A DNA stretch of 64,000 bases from the IMG/VR virus record IMGVR_UViG_2799112923_000001. One strand, given 5' to 3'. Below are positions 10,232 through 18,357 of this stretch, one piece after another. Below the pieces are notes generated by a model. The model was not told the origin of the DNA, ran no database searches, and was given only the letters and a program-made list of their open reading frames with translations. Each line of letters starts with the position of its first letter. The first letter of the stretch is position 1. Position numbers and translations under genes: made by a program. The DNA is from a virus. Lineage: Duplodnaviria > Heunggongvirae > Uroviricota > Caudoviricetes.

Positions 10232-10486
10232 ATGAGTGATAGAATCAAGAACTATTTGAAGAACCCGGCGAATAAGAATAAACTAATTGAAAAGTTAAAT
10301 GATTATCGCCGAGACCACCCGGAAGAAGCAAAAGATGGTCCTGGAAATGATTTTCTTTTGACTATGTTAATGCATGGTTGGATTGACGAAGACGCACCGA
10401 CACTTGCCCGTTCTATTGATAGTGTGTTGAATAAGAAACCAACGCCTGAACCAACAGAAACGAATGAAAACAACAAAGGAGTTTAA
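10232..10486 (+). CDS. Hypothetical protein
   Basis: ATG 10232 directly after the preceding stop. Confidence 0.7.
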   Translation: MSDRIKNYLKNPANKNKLIEKLNDYRRDHPEEAKDGPGNDFLLTMLMHGWIDEDAPTLARSIDSVLNKKPTPEPTETNENNKGV

Positions 10487-10488
10487 CT

Positions 10489-11172
10489 ATGGGATTTTGG
10501 AACCGAGATAAAGATTACAAACCTTGGGATTGGGACCCGAATAGGGATGACCCGGACAAGAACGGTCGCAACGATGAATTTCGTGAATCCGAAGAAGATA
10601 AACTTTTCCACCAGGAAAAGAGTGAATTTGAATGGAACGAAATTGAAAATCGTATTGGTCCTGAAATGATTAAGAACGGCCTGAAAGACAACAAAGAAAT
10701 TCAGGAAGAATATCAACGCCAGACCTCTGGTATGGCAACTAATCTAATGATGCTCCAGCTCACTAATTGGAAGTTCGCTCACAATAACGAAGCCGCCAAG
10801 CGAATGATTGATGTAGCAAAGAAGTTAGACCCAGATGGACATACATTTGAAAAAATGATGGACAGTTCCAAAGTTATGGAAATTCTCCGTTCTAACAGGC
10901 GTAATGATGATTCTGTGAATATGAGTGCTATGGTTGCTTTTGGTGTGGCTCTCACCGATCACTGCGTGAACAAAGATATTCAGCAGACTATCCTGCGTGA
11001 ATACGAATCACAAAAGAAGTTCTTCAGGGAAAAGGGTGAACTGGAATACACAGCATTCTTAATGGGTGTTGAAACACAAAAGTATTTCGTAGAAGAAATG
11101 TGGCTCAAAGAACAGGTCTATAAAGAAATTGATGAACTGGAAAAGACACCTGTGCCAAAAGATAATAAGTAA
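10489..11172 (+). CDS. Hypothetical protein
   Basis: 227 aa; AAGGAG SD. Confidence 0.8.
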   Translation: MGFWNRDKDYKPWDWDPNRDDPDKNGRNDEFRESEEDKLFHQEKSEFEWNEIENRIGPEMIKNGLKDNKEIQEEYQRQTSGMATNLMMLQLTNWKFAHNNEAAKRMIDVAKKLDPDGHTFEKMMDSSKVMEILRSNRRNDDSVNMSAMVAFGVALTDHCVNKDIQQTILREYESQKKFFREKGELEYTAFLMGVETQKYFVEEMWLKEQVYKEIDELEKTPVPKDNK

Positions 11173-11245
11173 TTCCACAGTTCAAATAAAATAAAAATAT
11201 CCTTCAAGGGGTTGAAATCTTGAAGGATTTTATTATATATACAAT

Positions 11246-11395
11246 ATGATTATGAATAATACACAAATTAGATTGCCTAAACACTATTACTTAATAGCGG
11301 TTAGCGGTGATTATTTTGTGTAAACTGTGAATGTTCATATTGTAGGAAAACAGAAACAAGATTTTCACCGCAACATAAAACTGTTGCGGTTTTTT
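11246..11395 (+). promoter_or_regulatory. Candidate leader peptide and attenuator upstream of the tRNA island
   Basis: 25 aa ORF 11246-11323; terminator ACCGCAACA/TGTTGCGGT plus T-run (11367-11395); GCGGTGA (11304-11310) complementary to TCACCGC (11365-11371). Confidence 0.5.
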
Positions 11396-11431
11396 GTTTA
11401 TATATTTTTACAAAAATTATTCATATTTTGG

Positions 11432-11831
11432 TTGACAAGGGGGTAATGGATTACTATATTATAGTGTGTTAAGAGAATGGTTTGGTTCGTGAAACCAAAT
11501 AGTAGATTGAAAATTGGAATGTGTAAAAAATTTGCGTTTGTTAATACTCGCCTTGGTTGTGGTTGTGAACCACCTGCGGATAGAGATTAACAAATGTAAA
11601 TTACATTTTACAAAAAAAATTCAAAATATGGGTTGACAAACGATAAACAATTAACTATCTTTGTTCACACAAAGAAAATGATTGGTTCGTGAAATCAATT
11701 TGTAGATTGAATGATTTGGAAAATGTAAAAATAAAATTTACAAAAAAATTTACTAAAATGGGTTGACAAACAGAAAATGTTTTACTAAATTTGTGAAACA
11801 CGAATGATTGAAAATCGTTTGAGTAGATTGA
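11432..11831 (+). promoter_or_regulatory. Three tandem sigma70 promoters of the tRNA island, each followed by GTAGATTGA
   Basis: TTGACA at 11432, 11633 and 11763, each with a 17 nt spacer; GTAGATTGA at 11502, 11702 and 11823. Confidence 0.8.
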
Positions 11832-12119
11832 AATTGTGGATTTTATAGTTCAAAACATAGGAACTGACGAAAATCGGACCCGGCTAGAATCGGGTAGATG
11901 GTATGGACCTGAAAAATTAAATTGCAGGATTTCTATGTAATCATTTGAACAAACTACAACAAACTAACAACTGACAGAAATGTTTGTTGTGGGTGTTTGA
12001 ATGGAACAAAAATTTTGAATGAAATGGTTAGATTGCAGCAGTTCTATTAAATCAACAATGTGACCCTTGTTGAGCCAATTTGTTCAAAACAAGAAGGAAC
12101 AACTTGTAAAAACCAAAAT

Positions 12120-12192
12120 GGGTTTGTAACTCAGTTGGTAGAGTAACGCACTTTTAATGCGTGAGTCGGGGGTCCGAGTCCCCCCAAGCCCA
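12120..12192 (+). tRNA. tRNA-Lys(UUU)
   Basis: Cloverleaf; ACGCA-CTTTTAA-TGCGT; T-loop TCCGAGT; no CCA. Confidence 0.9.
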
Positions 12193-12292
12193 CGAACAAA
12201 CTAATGTTCCAAAAGGGAAAAAGCGGGTGGCTCATAGAGCCTAGCCACAAGATGGAAGCCCGCCCACTCAGGTGCGATTTTTGGAATGTTAC

Positions 12293-12366
12293 CGGGATGT
12301 AGTTCAATCTGGTAGAATGGTCGCTTTGGGAGCGAGTGGTTGCAGGTTCAAATCCTGTCATCCCGA
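12293..12366 (+). tRNA. tRNA-Pro(UGG)
   Basis: CGGGATG/CATCCCG acceptor; TTTGGGA loop. Confidence 0.9.
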
Positions 12367-12679
12367 CGAAAGGTTTAAGATTTGGAAACCGTTAACCTTT
12401 AAAAATGGGTAGGATATGATGGTAGTCCTTTTAACACTGACATCCATTAATTGTTATGTTGTTTAAATTAGGAAAGCAGGGATGCGATAACCTGCACGAT
12501 TAACCAACATCGTTAGTTCATTTGTAGTTAGAACAAATTAAACAACTGACTATGGGATATAAACTATCTTGAAGGCCAAAAGATATTATCCCCGAGTAGA
12601 TAGGCGAAACCGGTTCGTAATAAACAAGGCTCTCGCCACGATTTTAATAGTTTGTGATGATACAAACAACAGAACTTAT

Positions 12680-12763
12680 TGGTAGGTACCCGAGTGGTAG
12701 CAGGGGGGAGACTGTTAATCTCTTGTCGCAAGACCGCCGCAGGTTCGAATCCTGCCCTATCAG
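12680..12763 (+). tRNA. tRNA-Asn(GUU) with long variable arm
   Basis: GGAGA-CTGTTAA-TCTCT; variable hairpin GTC-GCAA-GAC; G73. Confidence 0.85.
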
Positions 12764-13105
12764 CTAAAAGAATGAATGGTTAGTAGTACAAATGAACTCA
12801 ATGTAGTAATACTGAGTGCTTAGTACACTCTCCAATAAACCGGAGAGAGATGTTAATGTGACTGTTATGGGTCATTGGTTTAACCTAACTGAGTGTTTAA
12901 CAAAATCACATTTGGTAGTAAAAGGTACAAACTACGCCTGCGCAGATGCCGGGAGTTGCCAACATCCTAAATTGGTAATGTGGTGAATGAATACAAACTA
13001 AACTGGATGATGTTGTATTCTACGAACAATATAATTACCAGTAGTCAATTATGTTGCGAGGCACTTTTTTCCATAGTATGCGTCAAAATGGAACAAATTT
13101 TATAT

Positions 13106-13190
13106 GCTAGTTTCGGATAGTGGTCAATTCCTGGAGACTGTAAATCTCCCGCCCTCTGGGCTTTCGGTGGTTCAAATCCACCAGCTAGCA
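13106..13190 (+). tRNA. tRNA-Tyr(GUA)
   Basis: GGAGA-CTGTAAA-TCTCC; long variable arm. Confidence 0.9.
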
Positions 13191-13226
13191 CTAATACAGA
13201 ATTTTGAAGAATGGTGATGTGAAACA

Positions 13227-13302
13227 GTCCCCATACGCAAGTGGCTAAAGCGGCTCCCTGAACGAGGGAGTGAATTCATGGGTTCAAATCCCATTGGAGA
13301 TT
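13227..13302 (+). tRNA. Atypical tRNA-like gene (nominal anticodon AAC with G33, or degenerate)
   Basis: D arm and T arm (ATGGG-TTCAAAT-CCCAT) intact; CTCCC-TGAACGA-GGGAG; acceptor mismatch. Confidence 0.5.
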
Positions 13303-13566
13303 GAAGTAGCATTGAACAAATCAGGCCTCATACGCAATTTGTTCTAACCAAACTTCATCGGGTGAATAGATGATTGAAAATCCTAGGTAATCATTCAGTC
13401 ACAATTCACCCACCGGTTTTGAAGAAAACTAAATCAACAGGTGGTGTTATACTATTAATTTGTTGTAAACATAGTTGATTCCCACCCGCCCGTCTAAAAA
13501 GATGAATGTGAAGGCCTCCGGCGATGCTCCGATAAACGCATTGTGATTTAGAACAACATTTTTTTC

Positions 13567-13640
13567 GCACCCGTGGCTCAACTGGATAGAGCAACGCACT
13601 TCTAATGCGTAGGTTGTAGGTCCGAGTCCTACCGGGTGTA
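13567..13640 (+). tRNA. tRNA-Arg(UCU)
   Basis: ACGCA-CTTCTAA-TGCGT; T-loop TCCGAGT. Confidence 0.9.
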
Positions 13641-13650
13641 CTAAATTTAC

Positions 13651-13723
13651 TGGGGTATAGCCAAGCTGGTAAGGCAGGGGCCTTTGAAGCCTTTATTCGG
13701 GAGTTCAAATCTCTCTACCCCAA
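13651..13723 (+). tRNA. tRNA-Gln(UUG)
   Basis: TGGGGTA/TACCCCA acceptor; CTTTGAA loop. Confidence 0.9.
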
Positions 13724-13836
13724 CGAAATCAGTTGATGAATGCATCTCAATGTTTAGAAACACAGAACGCATGGTGGAAATCCTGCAAGCAGAAGTTGTG
13801 ACTGCGATAATAAATTAAATAACAACAAATTCTTTC

Positions 13837-13910
13837 CCATCCTTAGTTCAACTGGTTAGAGCGCGGCTCTTATAAGGCTGAAGTTCTAGGTTCAAATCCT
13901 AGAGGGTGGA
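13837..13910 (+). tRNA. tRNA-Ile(UAU)
   Basis: CGGCT-CTTATAA-GGCTG; A73. Confidence 0.85.
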
Positions 13911-13957
13911 CTACCGCTTTTCGCCATAGTACGGGTCAAAATGGCAAAATGTGAAAG

Positions 13958-14461
13958 TAGTTCAAAAGCGATTAGCACCACGCAAATACAAGGTTTGTAT
14001 TGGATGCAAGTTTGACAAGCGTTTCGCTAGTGGTAAGAACGAGTTGCTTCCGAAGATTGGCAGAATCAGCTATGTAAGGCTGTTTAGGAAGTGTAAAATG
14101 CAAGTGTTATGTAGTACACGGACCACGCAAGGTAAATGACCTTATGCTATGCCCACGATAGTCTTTCACTCACAAAGTAGATATATGTGAAAAATACCAA
14201 GTGGTTTACCAATTTGCCTCTATCTACAAAATTGGAAAATCTTTAATGGTTATAGACGAAACTGACCAATGTAAAATAGTTATATGCTCCTTGATAAAGT
14301 GGAATTTATTTTGGATAAAGTATATTATAAAATCTATTTGAATAATACAATAGTTAGACGTTTAGCAGTGAAAAGTTAGACAGAGTAATGATGGCTCGTT
14401 AAGCCCTATCCGAGGGTGTAGTTGAATGGCACACTGGTAAGAACAAAAACTAAATGAACTA
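13958..14461 (+). ncRNA. Candidate ~500 nt structured ncRNA
   Basis: No credible ORF; TAGTTCA/TGAACTA terminal pairing; lies between tRNAs. Confidence 0.35.
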
Positions 14462-14479
14462 AACAAAACATCATACTAT

Positions 14480-14563
14480 GGCCTGGTGATGAAATTGGTA
14501 AACATAGGGGACTTAAAATCCCCCGGTGGTAACACCTTGTGGGTTCAAGTCCCACCTTGGCTA
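14480..14563 (+). tRNA. tRNA-Leu(UAA)
   Basis: GGGGA-CTTAAAA-TCCCC; long variable arm. Confidence 0.9.
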
Positions 14564-14591
14564 CGAACAAAATAATTGGAGATTATTAACT

Positions 14592-14801
14592 ATGATTAAT
14601 ACTGGTTGGGTTCCAGGTTATCTACAAACTACTGGCAGAATGTTACATGAGAGTGGCAAACGCGGTGGTGGTTGTGGTGGACCGAAGAAAGACGATGACG
14701 ATGATGACGAAGATATTAGCATTGTAAAGATTTTACTTTTTTTGTTATTATTCTTTGGTATTGTTGGATTATTCTTTTTCTTGCTTTGTGTTATGTTTTA
14801 A
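14592..14801 (+). CDS. Small membrane protein inside the tRNA island
   Basis: GGAG SD; acidic stretch followed by a C-terminal TM helix. Confidence 0.65.
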   Translation: MINTGWVPGYLQTTGRMLHESGKRGGGCGGPKKDDDDDDEDISIVKILLFLLLFFGIVGLFFFLLCVMF

Positions 14802-14840
14802 TTGTGAAGTTTAGCAAAAACAAAATTCATAAATAAACCA

Positions 14841-14869
14841 TTGACAAACATAAAACAAAAAACTATAAT
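14841..14869 (+). promoter_or_regulatory. Consensus sigma70 promoter
   Basis: TTGACA-17-TATAAT. Confidence 0.85.
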
Positions 14870-14917
14870 TGAATATGTAAACGATACGAATTTAGACGGA
14901 TAGTCAATTTCTTTCGG

Positions 14918-14991
14918 GCCTCATTGATGTAGTGTTAGCATGAAATGTTTCCGACCTTTTCGCCTGAGTTAGATTCTCAGATGAGGCTCCA
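14918..14991 (+). tRNA. Degenerate tRNA-Gly(UCC), CCA encoded
   Basis: GCCTCAT/ATGAGGC-T-CCA; TTTCCGA loop; D-loop lacks GG; T-loop TTAGATT. Confidence 0.7.
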
Positions 14992-15094
14992 AAAAGAAAA
15001 AAGAATTTTGGTTTCCAATTTTTCCTTAAAAATTGGTGGTGGTCGCTTGGAATTTTGTTAGTTTATCCATGACCAAAACAAAACTAACAACCAT

Positions 15095-15179
15095 CCTCCG
15101 ATGGCGGAACTTGGTAGACGCGCTGGACTCAAAATCCAGTTCTCGCAAGAGAGTGTGAGTTCAATTCTCACTTGGAGGA
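15095..15179 (+). tRNA. tRNA-Leu(CAA)
   Basis: CTGGA-CTCAAAA-TCCAG; long variable arm. Confidence 0.9.
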
Positions 15180-15399
15180 CTAATACCAAAGTAAAATAGA
15201 GAACTGTGATTTAAAAGTATCAGGTAGTTTGTAGTACTGACCTTAACAAAAACTAGGAAATTTGAAGAGTCATTGGCTTAACCAATGTGGAGCGATACCC
15301 CTGATAAGGGTTCCCGCAAGCTGTGTAGTGCTTTGAACTACACACAAATTTAGAAGGAGAAAATGGTTTGTTAATTTACCACAAATAAATTAACACCAT

Positions 15400-15472
15400 G
15401 CCTGGTTAGCACAGCTGGTAGTGCAGCGGCTTTGTAATCCGCAGGTCGGGGGTTCGGGTCCCTCACCAGGCG
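15400..15472 (+). tRNA. tRNA-Thr(UGU)
   Basis: GCCTGGT/ACCAGGC acceptor; TTTGTAA loop. Confidence 0.85.
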
Positions 15473-15484
15473 TAATAAATAAAC

Positions 15485-15926
15485 AGATTGAGAAATCAAT
15501 CAAGCGAAATCTTTAGCCTAATACAAATCTAATCTGGTTTGAAGGCACTATGGATGCACTGAAAAGGTGTTTGAAGTAGGTATGAGATAATCGCAAAAAC
15601 ATAGGGTAAACTGCGTAACTATTAGTTAGAGGTTTATATGTTTGTGGAATTTTGAGATACCCAGGGTTCCACAGGCTACGAAACAGATGTGGCGTCTGAG
15701 TTCAAATATAAGTCGCTAAAGCCGAAATAGTGAGAGTTTTATCGGATGACAGATATGCTATTTTTGGCACAGATTGCCGATATGTGTGTAAATCCACACC
15801 AGTGACTTGTAGCATTGAAAGGGGTAGCTGCCGAGTAAATGTGTTGCTGTGACCTAATAATGTTTGGTTATTTCATTAAAGGTAAACCCCAGTCCTTTAA
15901 GTTTCGTTTTATTGATTTTTCAATCT
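15485..15926 (+). ncRNA. Candidate ~440 nt structured ncRNA
   Basis: 16 bp terminal stem 15485-15500/15911-15926; no ORF. Confidence 0.55.
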
Positions 15927-16193
15927 TGAACAAGATAATCCAGGAAACGGAGGTTTGTTATCTCATAGCGACGCACTGCTATCTGTAAGATAATGAGCGG
16001 GCACGAAATGGAAGCGCTGACACTCTAAGCTCTGTTAGACATGGACTGATAATTAATATATCTTGTTAGGGTACCTAAATGTCCGAGAGTACCTGCCATT
16101 TAAACAAAAACATACTTGGTTGTCCTACGAACCTTCACGATTTTTGAAATCGTAAAGGAATGAGAGTTTGTATGTTCTCTCATAAGATTTTAT

Positions 16194-16267
16194 CGCGGGG
16201 TGTAAGCAGTTGGTAGCTGGCAAGGCCCATAACCTTGAGGTCGCGGGTTCAAGTCCCGCCCCCGCTA
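16194..16267 (+). tRNA. tRNA-Met(CAU), initiator-like
   Basis: CGCGGGG start with a 1:72 mismatch; CAAGG-CCCATAA-CCTTG. Confidence 0.85.
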
Positions 16268-16737
16268 GAATTTGTCCACAAAGAAAAATGCGGTCAGAAC
16301 GCATTGGACCTTTTCCTGGTGAGAGCCTCGTAACTAGGACTGTAGCAAACGAGGCAACGAATTTAACGCGGCACAATTATTCTTTTTGCGAATTTGTTTA
16401 AAACAAACACAGATTCCACCATAAGAAGAAATAATTTCGTACAAACGCAAATAATCCTAATGACGTCTAATGGAACGATTGTGAGTGCGGCGACCAATTA
16501 ACTAATGGCTGATAGACGATAAATAAAATGAAGATATGAATATGGTTGCGGGTTGAGTCTAGATATTCCTTCTAGAATTATTCATTTCTCGGAAGTGACG
16601 AATCGGTATTCTTCCGGGCCATTATTTTGAAATTTAAACGTCTCCTAGGCGGTTATTGGTTCTTTACAATTTTCTCCACTAATCAAAAGAAAATCTATTT
16701 TTTGTTTGTTGTTACCTCCTTGGGTTGTGGTTGACCC

Positions 16738-16772
16738 AATGCTCACTAGCGAATGTTAGTGAGCATTTTTTG
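16738..16772 (+). terminator. Intrinsic terminator of the tRNA island
   Basis: ATGCTCACTAGC/GTTAGTGAGCAT plus T-run. Confidence 0.8.
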
Positions 16773-16958
16773 TAAGTACTGGTGCCATACTGACCAGTTT
16801 TTATTTAATTGGTATAGTTTACTATCCAACACAGAAATCGCCTTATAACGCAAGTACTGACGAATACTGTGTAAACAAACTTTTACAAAGAAATAGTTGC
16901 CAACCTGTATATTAGTTACTATATTATGGTTGTTAAAAATTAAAAGAGAGGTAAAAAT

Positions 16959-17150
16959 ATGAAGAAAGTTTATGTTCTCACATACAACACTATGGATAAG
17001 CCTGAACGTCGCATGATTTGGGGTGTTTATGGCTCAAAGGCAACAGATAAGGAAAACCACGATGAAGCAGAAAAGGCTCGTCAGGGCATTATCAAGCAGT
17101 ATGGTTCATTCCTAGCAGATACAGAAATTGATGAACAAGAAGTAAGGTAA
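16959..17150 (+). CDS. Hypothetical early protein
   Basis: Promoter TTGCCA 16897; GAGAGGT SD. Confidence 0.75.
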   Translation: MKKVYVLTYNTMDKPERRMIWGVYGSKATDKENHDEAEKARQGIIKQYGSFLADTEIDEQEVR

Positions 17151-17717
17151 ATGGATTATAAACAATCTATCGGTGCCGTTGTTAGGCATTTTTACGAACA
17201 CCATACTGATGTATGGTGTTTTTGTCCTGGTTTCCCTAATAATTACAAAGAAATGAAGTTATCCGAATTTGGTGAAACTGATGAAGAAATTGCGAACAAG
17301 ATAATAGACCAGTTACATGAAACTAAACTAGAATTTGAAATGTTCAGTTCCGACAACAGTCATCCAGGTGGTTCATTTTATGGGCCGTCATTGTATATTG
17401 AAAATGGTTATACTCCATTCCCAGATGGTGGAAAACCTAAATGGATTACTGGTACATTGAAAATGATACAACAAGTTCCAATGTTAAGGTATTATGGTGA
17501 TGATAAACGAATTTTCCAGTTAGGAAGTAAACCTGTAAATTTTTATTTCACACAACAGTTTAAAGGGCAAAACGATTTTGATAATTATTTGAAGTATTTG
17601 AAGAAAACAGAAGAAATAATCAAACACAACAAAGAATATCAAGATAGATTTGAAATTGATAAGAAATATGTAAAAGCCCAAGACCTGGAACAAGCAATTC
17701 AAACTGATTTTGATTAA
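17151..17717 (+). CDS. xxDF-tail family protein
   Basis: Ends IQTDFD. Confidence 0.8.
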   Translation: MDYKQSIGAVVRHFYEHHTDVWCFCPGFPNNYKEMKLSEFGETDEEIANKIIDQLHETKLEFEMFSSDNSHPGGSFYGPSLYIENGYTPFPDGGKPKWITGTLKMIQQVPMLRYYGDDKRIFQLGSKPVNFYFTQQFKGQNDFDNYLKYLKKTEEIIKHNKEYQDRFEIDKKYVKAQDLEQAIQTDFD

Positions 17718-17862
17718 CACAGTTCGCCACCAAACAAAATGATTATTGTGGCTATTGAAAAATTATAAATAATAAACTATATTATAACTACTAAAATGGT
17801 TTACATTTAGCCCCCTGAGCAATTTGTGTATGGGATTGGTTAAATGGTTTGCCTTAAAATCT

Positions 17863-17985
17863 ACCACCCGTGGTGTAATGGTAGCACGGTAGGATATAAT
17901 AGAGATAAATTATTATTGATTTTTATAATAGAGTTATATAATAATAATTGGAATCAGGTGGGTGGTTCAAATCCCCCGGGGTGGT
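17863..17985 (+). pseudogene. tRNA-like element with the anticodon arm replaced by an AT-rich insert
   Basis: ACCACCC/GGGTGGT acceptor, GTG-TAATGGTAG-CAC D arm, GGTTCAAATCC T arm, ~60 nt AT-rich middle. Confidence 0.6.
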
Positions 17986-17998
17986 CTAAATTAGAATT

Positions 17999-18166
17999 TG
18001 GGTATAGTTCCCTGCACACAGTTCTAGAATGCGTGTTCAAGAAGCCCGCAGTAAGACCTCTGTGAAAGGTTTGGTGAGTTATCCTTGTCGCAAGGCACGA
18101 AGATTTGAAAGGGAATAAATGGATTAGATAGCAACTCAACTATCGCCGGGCGCAGTCCAATACCCA
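17999..18166 (+). ncRNA. Candidate ~170 nt structured ncRNA
   Basis: TGGGTAT/ATACCCA, CTGC/GCAG and GCCCG/CGGGC nested pairings. Confidence 0.4.
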
Positions 18167-18193
18167 TCACATTTAATACAAAGGAAAAACAAG

Positions 18194-18349
18194 ATGAAAA
18201 AGAAGAAAGTAGTTATTGAGAAAGAAACACAGGAACAGAAAGAAGCTCGTTGGAAGAAGAATTTGAAGATGGCACGAAGTTTTGCTAAACAAGCAGGTGT
18301 AAAGAAAGAAAAGAAAGTAGAAAAGCAATCGGAAAAATACGATTACTAA
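18194..18349 (+). CDS. Small basic protein (51 aa, not in ORF track)
   Basis: AAGGA SD; Lys-rich. Confidence 0.65.
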   Translation: MKKKKVVIEKETQEQKEARWKKNLKMARSFAKQAGVKKEKKVEKQSEKYDY

Positions 18350-18357
18350 CTACAGTT

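Noticed and set aside
11405-11831. CRISPR array
   Set aside because: The repeats are degenerate promoter units with irregular spacing; no cas genes
11855-11940. Hammerhead ribozyme (CTGACGA ... GAAA)
   Set aside because: Stems II and III cannot be formed around the core
12200-12291. SAM-I riboswitch
   Set aside because: Only fragmentary similarity; P1 core missing; no downstream CDS
15480-16700. tmRNA
   Set aside because: No GGGG 5' end, no tRNA-Ala-like 3' end and no tag ORF found
12131-18139. ORFs overlapping tRNAs (12131, 13406, 16125, 16210, 17844, 17954)
   Set aside because: They are translations of tRNA or structured RNA sequence
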